DNA of 59,827 nucleotides from Alloascoidea hylecoeti (lineage: Eukaryota): contig BCKZ01000003.1 in the NCBI GenBank assembly GCA_001600815.1, positions 372,001 through 431,827 of the forward strand. The letters are read 5' to 3'. Below are positions 1 through 14,136 of the stretch, piece after piece (the stretch's first letter is position 1; the number at the start of each line of letters is the position of its first letter). The notes below the pieces were generated by a model, which was not told the DNA's origin, made no database searches, and saw only the letters and a program-made list of their open reading frames with translations. The position numbers and the translations under genes are program-made.

Positions 1-331
1 AAATGCAGAAAAGGAGAAATCAATTGGAATACAATAATAACATAAGTTCAAAATAATAATGGTCACATTATGAACTTTTTCAAAAAAAGACAAATAAATA
101 ATATGATTAAATGATTAAATGATTAAAGGACCTAGAGAAAGTTCAAGAGAATACGGATTTAAATGTGTGCCGTAGATTAGACTGATTAATTAAGTTAATT
201 TGTTATTATCATTATGATAAAATGGGCTTCTCATTTTTATGTTATACTCTTCTAAAGTGATTTTTGTGGAATGATTATTAAAAAGTTCTGATAGTATTAA
301 TACTAGTTAAGAGGAAAAAAAATGAAATACT

Positions 332-398
332 TCATTTACTTGACATGTTAAAGTCTTCTTCTTCTTCTTCTTCTTCTTCTTCCTCCTCCTCCTCCTCC

Positions 399-442
<44 letters not shown>

Positions 443-1484
443 TTGATCCATTAAACTTTCTTCCATAGTATCGCTTTCACACCAAAAGTCATCAGAAACT
501 TCATCATATGTTTTAATTTTTTCAGAAAAGGCAGCTTTTGAAGATGGCATGACGAAACCCTCAGGTATGTCTTGTTTTGAACGTTCGACATTAAGTTTGA
601 TTGTTTTCCCGTATGCTGTACGATCCTTTCTCCATTCAATTGCTGCATCGACATTTGCAGGTGATGAGACGTTTGGATCCTCTAATAGTGATATGATACT
701 TAATAGGACCGATTCAACTGACTGCACTGGGCTCCATGTTTCCTAGGAAAGAATGAAACTAGTTAGAATTAACAAATTTTAAAATAAATAGGGTAGAAAC
801 ATAAACATACACCATCGAGGTCATTACTCATTGGATCACCAGAGGTATGTAGTATGGAAATACATAATCTACCATCTTTATAAATATTAGGATGATATAT
901 AGGAGGAATAAAACGAAACGTTGGTGGAGAGAATGGATAATCATGGGGGAAGGTCATTTGTGACTATACGCACAGTTAGGAATCAAAACACTCAAATTTC
1001 AAAAATATAAATAAGTTCATACTTTGAAATAACCACCATGATAAATCGATTCTTCATCAAGGACCATAACACCTATATCCCTAAATGATGAAATGGCATG
1101 TCAGTTATATTTTCATTATATCATCATCATTTTATTATCATGTGATATGAAGATATGGGGTTGACTTATGGCTATAAAAGCAACCAAGAACCAAAAGCTG
1201 AAAATCAACAAAGATTGAACACAAAATAAAGAAAGTGTCAGTAAAAGGCATACCATATGTATATATTATCTTCATCAAGCTATAATTGAATATTAGTAAT
1301 AAGATCATAATGAATAGTTATGTTAAGAAAAAAGAGGTGAGACCACAAATAGAGGAATAACCAAACATACGGTAATATGAAAAGAAGAAAGCCCTTTTGT
1401 AGGATCTGTTAATTCTCTGTACTGTCTTAGTAAAAGATGAGAAGAACTAGAGTGAACAGACTGTCTATTATGAACTGGAGGCAT
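332..1484 (-). CDS. CDC34: Ubiquitin-conjugating enzyme E2, Cdc34/Ubc3 type; 5 exons (1484-1371, 1279-1254, 1080-1023, 963-811, 742-332)
   Basis: Exons joined at GTATG..YAG sites stay in frame: MPPVHNR...LLRQYRELTDP...WDIGVMVLDEESIYHGGYFK...FPHDYPFSPPTF...YHPNIYKDGRLCISILH (active-site Cys), the Cdc34/Ubc7 acidic-loop insertion, WSPVQSVESVLLSIISLLEDPN, and a long acidic C-terminal tail typical of Cdc34. Confidence 0.92.
354..439 (-). repeat. Compound trinucleotide microsatellite encoding the poly-Asp/poly-Glu tail of Cdc34
   Basis: Consecutive (TCT)n, (TCC)n and (TCA)n runs on the + strand. Confidence 0.9.
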
Positions 1485-1554
1485 TATTGGTTTTGTGCAA
1501 CTTAGAAGGAGACAAGAAGAAGCATATAAGGTTATCGAGGTGCTTTATACCAGT

Positions 1555-1563
1555 GCACGTGAC
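1555..1563. promoter_or_regulatory. Cbf1-type E-box (GTCACGTG on the minus strand) in the CDC34/IFM1 divergent promoter
   Basis: gcacgtgac at 1555-1563 matches RTCACGTG. It lies in the ~320 bp gap between the two divergent ATGs. Confidence 0.5.
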
Positions 1564-1806
1564 ACACCCGTCACTGTTCTTTCCGCAATCCAACATATTC
1601 TGGTTTCATAAATTTACTTGATTGTTCCATTGGTAGTATATGTATCAATATATATATATTAATATTCATAAGTATTCGTTCTTTTGGTAGAAAAGTAACC
1701 AAGTAAATATTTATAACACACATTACAGATAGTTTTTTTGGATATTGACAGTTACCCGACTTTCCATCTCATAAAAACAACTTTTCAGACTCCACAATCA
1801 ATTAAG

Positions 1807-4461
1807 ATGCTTCGGAGTCAGAAATTCCTTTCAAAACAGCCTTTTATATCGAGGGTCTACTATAGCACGGGTCCAAAAAGACTGGAGAATGGATTTTTGC
1901 ACAGATTGCCTCTAAAATCTGGTTATGGAATTTCAAAGTTTGCTCCGAAACAAGACCCTCCGAAGCAGGATGTTCCGGTCCAATCATCTTCTCTAAAAGA
2001 TGATCCCCAATTAAATTCTACCATTCAATCTCAGCCTACTAAATCTTATAGAAGTGCTAACAATAATGGAAAATTTTCACCCTTTCAAAAACCCGGTGAT
2101 AATTTATCAAAAGTGCTTCATAATACAATGTATTCGAGATTTGAAAATGATACTAAGTTGAATACTCATAGATTATCAGCACCTCTAGATAGAAAGGGAA
2201 AACCTCGTCCAAAACAACCACAACTAAATCAATCTCAGAGACAATCTAACGATACATCAAAGCTCAGGTCTAATCAAAATGATCAATATAATCAAAATAA
2301 TCAATATAATCGAAATGGTGTAAATAATCAAAATAATCAAAATAATCAATATAATCGAAATGGTGTAAATAATCAAAATAATCAAAATAATCAATTTAAT
2401 CGAAATGGTGTAAATAACCAATATAACCAAAATTTTGAAGATGAGGCATCAAGAAGGGCAAGATTATACGCAAAAAACTTACAAGCAGAAAAATCAAATT
2501 CTTTCAAAAAGAATAATAAAACAACAAAATTTAAAAAAAAACAAGATATTCTCAACCAACCTAAAATCAAAGTGACAATTCCAAATTTTATAAGTATTGG
2601 AAATTTATCAAATATTTTAAATATTAAAACAAACTTATTATTAGCAAAAATGGAAGAATTTGGTTTTGATAAAATGACTTATGATTTTATTATTGATGGA
2701 GAAACTGCCGGTTTAATTGCAAATGAATTTAATTTTGAAATTAATATTGATGATGAAGAGGGTTTTGATTTATTCCCACAAACTAATACTCCTGAAGAAA
2801 TGGCTGCATTCCCAACAAGACCACCAATTGTAACAATAATGGGTCATGTTGATCATGGTAAAACAACAATTTTAGATTATTTAAGAAAGTCAAAAATTGT
2901 TGATACTGAACATGGTGGTATAACTCAAAGAATTGGTGCTTTTTCAATAAATATTCCATCTGGTGCGAAAATTACCTTTTTAGATACTCCTGGACATGCT
3001 GCTTTTCTTAAAATGAGAGAACGTGGTGCTAATGTAACTGATATTGTTGTCTTGGTAGTTGCTGCTGATGATTCTGTTATGCCCCAAACTAAAGAAGCAA
3101 TTAAACATGCCAAACAAGCTGGAGTTCAAGTTATCGTTGCTATAAATAAATGTGATAAGCCGGGTGTTAATCCTGATAAAGTTGTTGCTGATTTGGCTGC
3201 AAATGATGTTCTATTAGAAGAATATAGTGGTGATATACAAAGTGTTAGAGTTTCCGGTTTAACTGGTTTAAATATTGATAAATTGGAAGAAGCAATCGTT
3301 ACATTATCTGAAATTATGGATTTACGCGCTGATAAATCAGGTATGGTTGAAGCTTCCGTAATTGAATCACAAGTTAAAAAGGGTCTCGGGAACACAGCTA
3401 CTATTTTGGTTAGAAGAGGTACTTTAAAACCTGGCTCTATACTTGTAGCTGGTAATACCTGGTGTAAAGTCAAATCAATGAAGGATGAAAATGGGAAAGT
3501 TGTAAAATCGGCAGGTCCTGCCATTCCTGTTGAAGTTTTAGGATGGAAGGATTTACCTGTAGCTGGTGATGAGGTATTACAAGCTAAAAATGAATCAATT
3601 GCGAAAAAAGTTATAGCAAATAGAATTACAAGAGAAGAAAAAATAAAAGAAGCAAAAGATGTGGAAGTTATAAACAATATACGTAAAAAGTCAAGAGAAG
3701 AAGCAGAAAAGAAGGATCAATTAGAACAGTTAGCACAACATGGCTTAACAATTGATGATATTAAAAATTCTAAATCTGATATGGCAGGCTTCACTGGTGA
3801 AGAAGAAGACGAAAATAAACAAAAGGAAGTTCAATTCATTATCTGTGGTGATGTTAGTGGATCCGTCGAGGCTGTTGTTGAATCAATTGAAGGTATGGGT
3901 AATAATGAAGTAATTTCAAAAGTTGTGCATACCTGCGTTGGTCCTCCAACTGAATCAAATATAATTTTGGCAAAGACTTCAGGTGCGAAAATTTTAACCT
4001 TCAATGTAGCAATACCAAAAGATGTTCGACAGCTAGCTCATAATTCTGGTGTTGAAATAGTTGAATATTCAATTATTTATAAATTATTAGAGGGTGTAAC
4101 TGATATATTAATTAAGAACTTAAAACCTAAAATTGAAGTTAAAGTTTTGGGTGAAGCTAATGTTAAGTCAATCTTTAATATTTCTGGTAAAGGTAAAGAT
4201 AAAGGTAAAGATTTTATAATTGCTGGTTGTAGAGTATCCAATGGTACAATTTCAAGAAATTCAACAATTAGAATCTTAAGAAATAAAAATGAAGAAATTT
4301 ATAAAGGTAAAATAAATGGTTTAAAATTTGGTAAAGATGATACAAGTGAAGTTACAAAAGGTAAAGAATGTGGTATATCAATTCAAAATTTTAAAGATTT
4401 TAAAGAGGGTGATATCATTAAAGCAATTGAAGAAACAAAAGTTATGAGAACATATCTATAA
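1807..4461 (+). CDS. IFM1: Mitochondrial translation initiation factor IF-2
   Basis: [44 protein letters not shown], and the C-terminal IF2 domains (GKECGI). The first in-frame ATG at 1807 gives a presequence-like [10 protein letters not shown]...RVYYS; the ORF track starts at an upstream TTG. Confidence 0.95.
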   Translation: MLRSQKFLSKQPFISRVYYSTGPKRLENGFLHRLPLKSGYGISKFAPKQDPPKQDVPVQSSSLKDDPQLNSTIQSQPTKSYRSANNNGKFSPFQKPGDNLSKVLHNTMYSRFENDTKLNTHRLSAPLDRKGKPRPKQPQLNQSQRQSNDTSKLRSNQNDQYNQNNQYNRNGVNNQNNQNNQYNRNGVNNQNNQNNQFNRNGVNNQYNQNFEDEASRRARLYAKNLQAEKSNSFKKNNKTTKFKKKQDILNQPKIKVTIPNFISIGNLSNILNIKTNLLLAKMEEFGFDKMTYDFIIDGETAGLIANEFNFEINIDDEEGFDLFPQTNTPEEMAAFPTRPPIVTIMGHVDHGKTTILDYLRKSKIVDTEHGGITQRIGAFSINIPSGAKITFLDTPGHAAFLKMRERGANVTDIVVLVVAADDSVMPQTKEAIKHAKQAGVQVIVAINKCDKPGVNPDKVVADLAANDVLLEEYSGDIQSVRVSGLTGLNIDKLEEAIVTLSEIMDLRADKSGMVEASVIESQVKKGLGNTATILVRRGTLKPGSILVAGNTWCKVKSMKDENGKVVKSAGPAIPVEVLGWKDLPVAGDEVLQAKNESIAKKVIANRITREEKIKEAKDVEVINNIRKKSREEAEKKDQLEQLAQHGLTIDDIKNSKSDMAGFTGEEEDENKQKEVQFIICGDVSGSVEAVVESIEGMGNNEVISKVVHTCVGPPTESNIILAKTSGAKILTFNVAIPKDVRQLAHNSGVEIVEYSIIYKLLEGVTDILIKNLKPKIEVKVLGEANVKSIFNISGKGKDKGKDFIIAGCRVSNGTISRNSTIRILRNKNEEIYKGKINGLKFGKDDTSEVTKGKECGISIQNFKDFKEGDIIKAIEETKVMRTYL
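2272..2432 (+). repeat. Coding minisatellite (45 bp period) encoding an N/Q-rich insertion in IF-2
   Basis: cgaaatggtgtaaataa recurs at 2311, 2356 and 2401, embedded in aatcaaaat units. Confidence 0.85.
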
Positions 4462-4924
4462 GATAAAAGATATACATAAAAAAATTGTAAATAAATAGAA
4501 TTAATATTTGTACATATTTTCTAGCATTATATATCAGCTATCCGTGGAGCTGTAATTAGCCGAATATTTAGATGTAATGATAGAATTGAATTATTAATTA
4601 AAGGTTTTAAGAGCATGATTTATGGTAGTACATGTATATAAGGTCTTATATGAGTAATGTGTATTCTGAAGTAGAGATTAATCATACATGTACACACACA
4701 ATAATTTCATTTAATTTCGGCCATTATGCCTACTAATTATCGGCCGATATCATAACTAATTTTGACCAAATTATCACCGTTATGACCGTAAATATGCAGG
4801 GATACCAAACCCGGCTGAACTCTAGTTATGCCGATGGCTGATATTAGGTGAAATGACTATGACTTATAGCTATATTTTCTTAATTCATTTCGTAAAGTTT
4901 CTTGGAGTATTTTTGAATTGAGAA

Positions 4925-5270
4925 AGTCCGTAAAAGCGATATTTCCCCTCTGTTACACCAAACTCAAGAACCTTTCATGGTATATTTTTTATCTACATGA
5001 GTTCGAAAGGTGGTAAATGGTCGAATGGTTTCATCTATTCGTAAATTATGGGATCAGGCTTCTAAAGTCTAGAGTCAAAAAAAGTTTTTGTGAGTTAGGT
5101 CTGGTGTTAAAGTTTCTCAACTGGGTAGGATGCACTTTGTTGGTGATTTGATTTAGGGATTTGTAGTCCAAGACTAACCGCCACTTTGAATGTTGTTTTA
5201 GGACTACAATAGGAACGACGTAATTTGGGTCGTTGAGGGATCAATTAGACCTGCATCTGCTAATCTGAGG
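4925..5270 (-). mobile_element. Degenerate Ty3/gypsy-type reverse transcriptase fragment (frameshifted relic)
   Basis: Minus-strand translation across frameshifts gives LADAGLIDPS / YVVPIVVLKQHSKWRLVLDYKSLNQIT...KLFLTLDFRS / HNLRIDETIRPFTTFRTH / KVLEFGVTEG. This follows the order of gypsy RT motifs (GxIxPS, WRLxxDYxxLN, FxxLDLxS, TAFxT, VMPFG). Confidence 0.8.
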
Positions 5271-7363
5271 GGTTGGAATCATATCACCTGACACTTCTTA
5301 GTTATAGTTACATAAGTCAAATCTGGCAGTTGTTTCATGTTAATCATGATCTTAGGATATACTTTTCCATATAAAGAACTTTATGCTTTGTACTAAATAG
5401 AAGCACCTAAGTTAAATAGGATGGTTAGAAGTCTTATGAAGACATGGATAAATATTAAGGATTAGTTTGATAGAATAAATAACACGTTTTTATTATTAAT
5501 GTTGATGAAACTTAAGGCCACCTATTGCGATCTATTTCTACTTTGCTTGGTAATTTGATAAACGGTTTTGGACATGTGTTTATAATAACTTTATATAGCT
5601 CCCATATAGCATTATTGGACTTATTTCTGCATGAATTGCATGGTTTTCCATTTGAATGTTTATCATTCTTTAATAAATTGATAGCCTATACCTTCTATAC
5701 TACCTAAATTACCCGTGTTTACATATTCTTATTCTTATTCTTGTTGAAATTGACAGGACTTATGAGCTTAAAACGACAATAGAACAGCCCATGGCCAAGT
5801 TACCTCATTTGTATATTTAAGCTTATTCTTTTCTTTTTTTTTTGCTCTATTGCATAACAGTATGGAAAATGGTAAGTTATAATATAAACTTTGTTAACTA
5901 TTGTTATTATAAAGTGTTCTGTGTCTGTAATTTATAGTTTTTGGCTTTATTGGGGGCCCGATAAATTTATTAAAGACAAAAGTATTTAAAAGGAGAAAAA
6001 ATAATTTAAAATAAAAGTTTGCGATAGTAATGCAGTTTTGAGAGTTTTGTTTGAATCTGTTCAACGTAACAATTGAATATTTTTTCAGAAACTATTTTTA
6101 ATTAATTTATTTAAAGTAGTTTTAAGATTCTATCTATACATTTGATAAAGGTTCTTAGTTAAAACATCGAGGAATATCTTCTGTACGTGAAAAGTTGAAA
6201 AGGGAAAAAGTCACAGCTGAAGCTGCAGATGAATCATGCAAATCTAATTTCAAATATACGATTCATACGAGAAAGAGAAATAGATTACGAATTTTAAAAG
6301 GTTTAACATTTTCATTTTAGAATACTAATTTCCTTAAGCTAAATGGTTTGATTGAGATTAAGTACTCGGGAATGGTAATTTCCTTTTGTAGCTCATAGTG
6401 CATTTATTTTAAATGGAATATTAGCATATTGATATTGTAAATAAAAAAAATAATGATTTCCTCGAATGAAACAATTTCAAAGAACATTTCACCCACTTCT
6501 CAATAACAGCAAACGAATTATACAGCGAGTTATATTGTAGAAGTAGGTCAAACGTTTTTTTATTTAAACTACAAAACTCATTGTATGTATACACTCATAC
6601 TAGTTAACGTTATAGTACTTATAATCTATTTCAGATATTGATGACAGTTAGCTTGTAGGTACACATATGTGATCAAGAAGGTTTAAAAATAATATAAGTT
6701 ATAGCTAAGCTTGAGTGGTATTGTAATAATTAATACAATTATAAATGTTTCCACTTAATTGTTAACAAATAGCCATGATGTCAGCGTCACTTAAAATGAA
6801 GAACTTTAAGGAAAATTAAATAGATTAATATTTTCAACACTCTTCGGGGAAAATGTAACCACACTACCAAAATTACTTCCATTATGTATATTAAATACTA
6901 TAGGAGGTAGATAAATGGAATATCTAAATTAATCTTTTCAAATTAATCTTTTCACTTCTCTGTCAAACTATTGCCTCTATTTCTTGAATTGTAAGCCTCT
7001 AGTTAAGAAATTGGGTCACGTTTGCATACAATTACGTGCCTCAATTGCAAAACAGCAGCAAAACTTACTTTGTTTAAATGAGTACATGCATATATATGTT
7101 GTAATATTACCGTATGAAATAGTATGTATAATTGCATGCATATTTTTTGGGACCAAAATATGAAAACAATTGTTCATTTTAAGTGACAGGTGATCTACAA
7201 CCGGTTCAAAATTGAACGTGTGCGGGTCACTATCTGTATATCCCACATAAAAAGGGCAAGACTATAACCAGTTACTGAGTAGTAATACTATGCAAGGCTT
7301 TAGGATCTTCTTAGTTCATAATGTTTTGTAATTTCTAGATAGTATCTGGAATGGTATCTTATG

Positions 7364-7753
7364 TTTAGTATTAGCGCCCTTAATATTAACGTTATAAACG
7401 GGTGTCAATTTATGAGGCATCGAGTAGTATTAGGAAGTTAATAATAGCCTAATAAGGAACCCAACCACTCTTTACAATACAGTACGACCACTTTTCCAAA
7501 TTTCTGTTCACACCATAAGAGATACAGACTTCCTTATATTATATATATTTTTCAGGTTAAAACCCTGGGCTGACTGTCGTAGAGTACATACTTTCCGACA
7601 CCCAGACCCTGTTGCGACCGAACATTGGTTACTATCTTTAGAATATATCATTCTCTTCCTTTAGTTCTTTGTATCCAGATAAGGCCTTATGTACCGGGAA
7701 TGTTCCATCTCCATATTTTTTTTAGGGTTCTTAGGGGTGATGGGTTTTTAGAG
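7364..7753 (-). mobile_element. Tc1/mariner transposase relic, copy A
   Basis: Minus strand reads RTLKK..., RPYLDTKN*RKRMIYSKD and VSLMV*TEIWKSGRT, resembling the Tc1 motifs 'KPxLxxxxxxxRLxWAK' and 'SVMVWG'. It aligns at nucleotide level with 55755-55999. Confidence 0.65.
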
Positions 7754-10700
7754 TAGCACCCGAGAGAAACGCGCTAGTTAATTTTGACCTATATGTACCA
7801 TATAAATACGTGTCCCGATTCCCTACAACTTTAATAGAACTATTCAAATTCATTCATATAAATATTTTTAATTGCTGTTCACGTTTATTTAAGTGTCAGT
7901 TAAGCTTCTAAAATTTACCTAGCGCTATAATTCCGAACCCATAAATGGATAGATCAATACTCATTACAATCGCAATGAGACACATTAGAAATGAGAAAAT
8001 ATTAATATATTAATATATTAATTACCAATTTACCATGTAATAAACTGGGTATTGCAATTATGTTCAAATGAACAAATTAGTCAAAAGTAACATTTAATTG
8101 AAATTTTTTGAAAATGATATACAGCAGCTTTATTAGAGTAATTTACAAATAAATGTTTAAATAGTTTTAAGCCTATCATAAGAATAATATCTACAATCAG
8201 TCTAGGATCTTCTCGATAACTGCACATGCTGTTTAATTTAAAATTTTCGGCTTGCCGTATTTTACACATAACAATACAATTATAATTAAAATTATCATCA
8301 GCAGTATTAGTATTATATAATTATCATTATTTGCTGGATTATTATATTGACTATATAAGTGAATATATTAATCACCTATAAATCCTATAATTTACTGCAG
8401 ATAATATTAATTATTAATTTTGTAATTGAACAATCATATTCATGCAATCCATCATTATATATATTGTCATTGAATTAATACTATAAGACAGTTAAAAATA
8501 CATTCTTTCCATTAATTATGGTGAGCTTTTCGAACAATATGTTTGGTTTTCAGAAAAATATTTTTCGTACTTTTCAGAGAATTATGTCTATTTATTATGA
8601 TCTTTAAGAAAATATTTCATCGGTACGTTGAATATTATTTCGCATGCGTCTGGGAAACTATTTTGTGGGGTTTAGGTTTTTAAAGAAGTAGTTTACCCTG
8701 GCCAGTTTCAGGAATAAACTTTGGTGAGATTCACTAAAATATAATTATTTCGTCACTTTCAAGAAAGATAACCTCTGTTCTTACAGACAATGCCTCTGAT
8801 ACATACTTAGTACTTACTTACTTACGCCGTCCATTTTGAGGCCTTATTGGGGAATTGTAACCTTCGTATTCAGTGGCGGACGTTTGGTGGTAACAGGATC
8901 CGAATCTGGAAAAGTGCCATAAGATTAGTTTATACCACAGTCAGACCAAGCCATTAGACCTCAAAAAATTTGTAATATAGGGAATGATTGCTCTGTAATT
9001 TTGTAGTATAGTATGAGCTGGCATTTGGAAAGGTAATCATATTTCACTTTATAGTGCGGTATAGTGGTAGAGTGATTGGAGATCCTAATTCTCCATGCTT
9101 GGTAGAATGGCGGCCGTTCTGAATGTTACCGGTATAATGTTAACACTAAATACTATTTTATATGAACTAATAAATTCTCTAGAATTTACAGAACATTATG
9201 CTATATTTTGAGAACAGATTATGGTCTTATGGAGTACTTAATAGCTGTTAATAATATTGCTATTTTATTTGTACTGGTGACGGAAAAAGAATCCCAACTT
9301 TCACACACACATCATACATCCCGAATTAAATCTTTGAGAAGCATACCATATTAATTAAATTCTACTGAATTTATATATGTTTAATCAGCTTTATAACTAC
9401 CAATTAATATTTGGTCAAATTCACGTTTCTCACATATTATATTTGTTAAGCAATAATTAAAGAAACGGAGCATCATTTGAAGAATCCGATATACATCAGA
9501 ATTTGAACTAAATTCAATTTTAAAGTGGGATGTAAAATCTAGCATAGATAACTATCTTAACACAATGATTGGAGTCGAAGATATCAATTATTATCTACGT
9601 ATAAAGCTTATAAGGCAGTTGAATATTTTGTGTCACCGCTTACCATTTTAGTGATAAATTGAATTCGATGTGTAAACCCCAACCGAATTAAACGCCATTT
9701 AAAATTATGGTAAGGGATAATATATTGTTCCGATTGAAATTTCTTTGCATATTGTTCATGGAGAATATAAACTTAAGCTACCATTACTTGAAGGCTACAG
9801 TAATATTTAAACTTGTATCTTTAACATCAAGAGTTTAGCTATAGAGTAGTAATTTTAGATATTGGTGTACTTACACCACTCAAGTTCCTTTCTCCCTACT
9901 CCAAAAGACCTAGCACGTCTCGCAAAGTTAAAATAAGTTGATCTTCTTGGCTGGCATTGAACAACCCACTTTGCTTCTTTAAATTCTACCCCTTATTTCT
10001 TTTAATGGTGCCCTGTCTCTTTTGATCTCATTTGTTTATAAAGTTGTTTCAGATGAGAAGAGCATGCATATGTCATGAGGAATCTTTTCGGGCGTTGGTA
10101 TTTACAAGGTTATGGTTATACTATATCTAAATCTGTACAAAACTTACACAACTTTAAATTGTACTAATCGGATGTACGGCTGTTTTCCATCTGCATAACG
10201 CTTAAGCTTTGAGCTTAGAGGGTGAGCTTAAACTATATGGATATATAGTTAATTACATACTATAAGGATACCCAATTGCAACTTCAATAATACTTTTACC
10301 TCTCGAGAAAGATGTAACGCAACTTCAATTGAATTATTTTGATGTGTACGTATACAACAAGACTGTCAATAAACGTTTAGTAGATGTCAAAACTCAAGAT
10401 CTGGGGAATATGAAACATTGAATTGTGACATTCATCTCAAAGTAATCATACGAAGGCCCCCAATTAAAAAGATATCCTATACATTTACATTCATTACGAT
10501 CGTATTAGATATCCATCATATTTTGTGAGGCTGGAATTTCAATTTTAATTTAAATTACTAGCTGTAGCTCTTGAGTCTTAATAGAAAAACATTTTATGAA
10601 TAAGTAATCAATTAAGGCAGTAGAGAATCATCTATATTTACAATAATTTCTTGATAATTTAAACCTAATATATCACTCAAAGCTTAAGCAATGATCTCAG

Positions 10701-12554
10701 TTGATGGCATGTTATATGAATCACTTATAATTTCGTGTAATTGTAGTTGATAATCATCATTATGAAGTAAATTGCAATATAATCAGTTAGTATAAAAAAT
10801 AAGACTGATGAAGCGTTTTTGATAAATAAATCTGTTATAATTATTAATTGATGAGATTGCAGTTGATTATAAACATAATATAAATTATTTAACCAATATG
10901 ATGAAACTATTAAATTAACTTTATAATTGATGAGGCGATCCATCGATAATCTATAACACATATCTATATGGAATTATGATCTTGACATTTTAATAGTCTA
11001 ATATTAATATAGGTCTATATATCTGTAATACTAAAGTATATATAATATTGACCGAACACAGGCTATTTAAATTTTGTTGTAAGCTTTCGTATATATATTT
11101 TTGTATATACGATATTGCTGGGGAAATTTATATCTGATAATTTTCAGCTTAAGTTCTTGCTATAATTATATAATTATAAAGGAACTTTCCGATAGTTAAT
11201 AAGAAATGTACACTTCAGGTAATCCTATTGTAGTATACCTATTGCAATGAATAATGATACGATTCCGGTTAATTTAATTATCATCGCTGCCAAGAATATT
11301 ATTGGGACAATGGGAAATCGACAACTAGAGAATTCAACATTCATGTTCTATTACCTACACAATTATACTCTTAGCTAGAGCAGGAAATTGGAACTGAAAA
11401 CCACAATTCCAATTGGAATTATGTCATTTTAATTTTTGGTTTGTAGACTTATCGCTTTTAACTGTGCTTTCATGATTATTTTTCAAACATAGATAACAAT
11501 CTTAAGCTTTTTTTTTAATACTGAAGAAGTTCTTAATAATTAAGTGATGGCGTTATATAACTGTATATACGAGATTAATCCTTCGATAAATTGCATTGAT
11601 TAATTAATAAAATCTGTTTGAACCGTCATTTTCTACAGAAATATATTTATAATTATGCGACTATACCGATCCGATTTCCCTATTTATATTTAAAATTAAC
11701 TATAGATTTAGCTGAAAAAAATGAAAGCATACACGGACGCCTGCCAATTAGAATATTAATATAAAATGCAGGAAGGAAGAACTCCTGGAGGAGTCACCAC
11801 AGTAGAGCTTCCTAAGATCACCCATATATAATAGTCTAGACTAAATATATTCACCAGGCTTGCACTATTAAGAAAATTTTAATCACCAATTCAAAATGGA
11901 CCTGTGATTTAACTTCTCACCTTAAATAATTATAAACATTGATTTCCATCTTTCATCTAATAATAGCGTTATAAACGATAGGATGGATATATTTATGAAG
12001 ATATCTATTTATTATTTAGTAACAATAATTAAGATCCAAAAGTTAAAAAATATTAAATAAACCCAAATTTAAGCTTATAATGTGATATTGACCATGAACA
12101 ACTGTGAAACGTATTTTTGAGAATCAATAGATACGAGGCAACCCTATCTTATTTGTAATTACAATGTATGACACAAAGTCCAATCAAATTCAACCGAGTA
12201 GTAAACTGACCATGGTAGATACTAGAAACCCATTAGCCTTGATGTTGGTTGACCATCAACCTTAGAATGATGTGGATATGACTTCCAAATTTCGTACCTA
12301 TCGTTACAGTTAGATTTAATGTACTCTGTTGCAGGCTAAAGTAATTGATGCCAACCAAATATTGTATATTCCCTATATAGCTATATATATCTGCAGGTAC
12401 GCGGATTATATGTGATGCGAATTACGGGGGTGAATGTGTTAATTGAAGTTTCTATAGCCATGGATCGACATTGTTATAGGTATATGACTTTATTTGGTTA
12501 CCTTCATGAACCATGAGTCAATTGGCATAATATCAAAATATTCATATTATTACA

Positions 12555-12617
12555 ATGTTAAAATACTTGATGTAACTCCATTGATGTTAAAATACTCGAT
12601 GTACTCCATTGATGTTA
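12555..12617. repeat. Short tandem duplication (~29 bp x2)
   Basis: atgttaaaatacttgatgtaactccattg / atgttaaaatactcgatgtactccattg / atgtta. Confidence 0.75.
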
Positions 12618-14136
12618 TTTTGTAGTTTGATTAATGATCATAGCCTATAGCTAGCTATTATTGGCTTCTAAAGAAAATTTATATATTGATGGGTAATATA
12701 TAATAAACAAATTACATATATTATATAATTCTTATATCTGAGAAGTTTATTTATAGGTTTGATATTATTTTATATATTCATTACGATTCCAATTGAACAA
12801 CATCCTCAATCAAGAGCATATTTTACGATTTCCCAATTTAAATCATAAGAATAGGCATAATTATATACAAAATGTTTAGTTGTAAATGAGCATTAGGGAA
12901 GTAACAGGCCAATTACATTATATTTACCAAGCACGCGAATTAATGCATAGACAGTTGTAAAACTTGGGAGGAAATTGTAGGTCACCGGTTGCTAGAGCCT
13001 CAAAAAGAATCTTTTTCTAATTATACCAAGTGTTCTTTTACATATTATGCACTAAAAAGCAAAAATATTTTTTATAAAAATTATTTACATTGAAGTTTTT
13101 TCACTTACATCTAATTCAGTTGCTGTTGTATGCGAAATATAATTATAATGTTATAATATATAAACGAATTAAAATAACCTAGAAAACAAAAAAAGAGTTG
13201 AACTAGAAGACTAATTGACGTTACAGATTAACCAATCATATAATATCGTTAACATGTTTACCCTCTTGATCTTGCATGTTTTATACAAAGAATTGTAATG
13301 CTTGTCGTATATACAGGAGAGTAACATAACATTGAAACTTAAGGTAGAAGAGTGAAGATGAAACCGCGGCCGCCCTCTGTATAATATGTGTATTTATGTG
13401 TAATGCAGCATTATTAATTTGATTTACAAGAATGGGCAAGAAAAACAAAAGATCAGAGGGTGTGCTTTTTCAAAGTGACATTTGACTTAACTTAGTTCGG
13501 AGGATGCAACCCCGAATTACTAATTGTAGCGGGCAATCGATGATCTTCATAATAAAACATGGTCTGTGTTTTTAATTATCTGCGGTTGTCGAGCCTGTGT
13601 TAATTTTCGACCAGTGAAATTACGGTTTGCTGGAGATTCGGGGTGAAGAAAATTATTCTACCTGCAGATAAGTAGAAAAAAAGAAAAAAGAAAAAAAAAT
13701 TCACCAGAAAATACGGTTGCAAGCTTCAGAAAAAAGATATAAGTGGCCCATTTTAATAAATATTTTCCAGCTTGTTGTTATTTTCTCATTACATTAATAT
13801 TAATTATAAATTTAAACAAGAAGCTCTGTTCACTTAAACTTTGCACTTTATTTTGTACTTAATCTTAAACAAAGAACCTTATATCGGTACAATTTATGAT
13901 TTATTTTTTATACTTTTGGCAAATTGCAACTCTTTCTCTCCAAGATCTCTGCTGCTTTGCACATTCGCACAACGCTTAATTAAGCTTCAATCACTAACAT
14001 TAATATTAATTATTTTATGATCTATATAAGTAAAGGTGCACGCTAATTATTCAGTTTTTCAATTTGCCTCTTCAATTTTCTCATTCGGCCTCAACAAATC
14101 TAACCCCATTAATATTCCTATTATTGCTTATATTCA

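Noticed and set aside
2925..3677. Antisense ORFs inside IFM1 (and likewise inside the transporter, STE23 and the Zn2Cys6 gene)
   Set aside because: Shadow ORFs of well-supported genes on the opposite strand.
8833..8922. WD40-like peptide FSGGRLVVTGSESGKV
   Set aside because: A single short match bounded by stops, with no further repeats.
9050..9125. tRNA-like start (gcggtatagtggtagagtg)
   Set aside because: No T-loop GTTCRA and no acceptor-stem pairing; no convincing tRNA was seen anywhere in the window.
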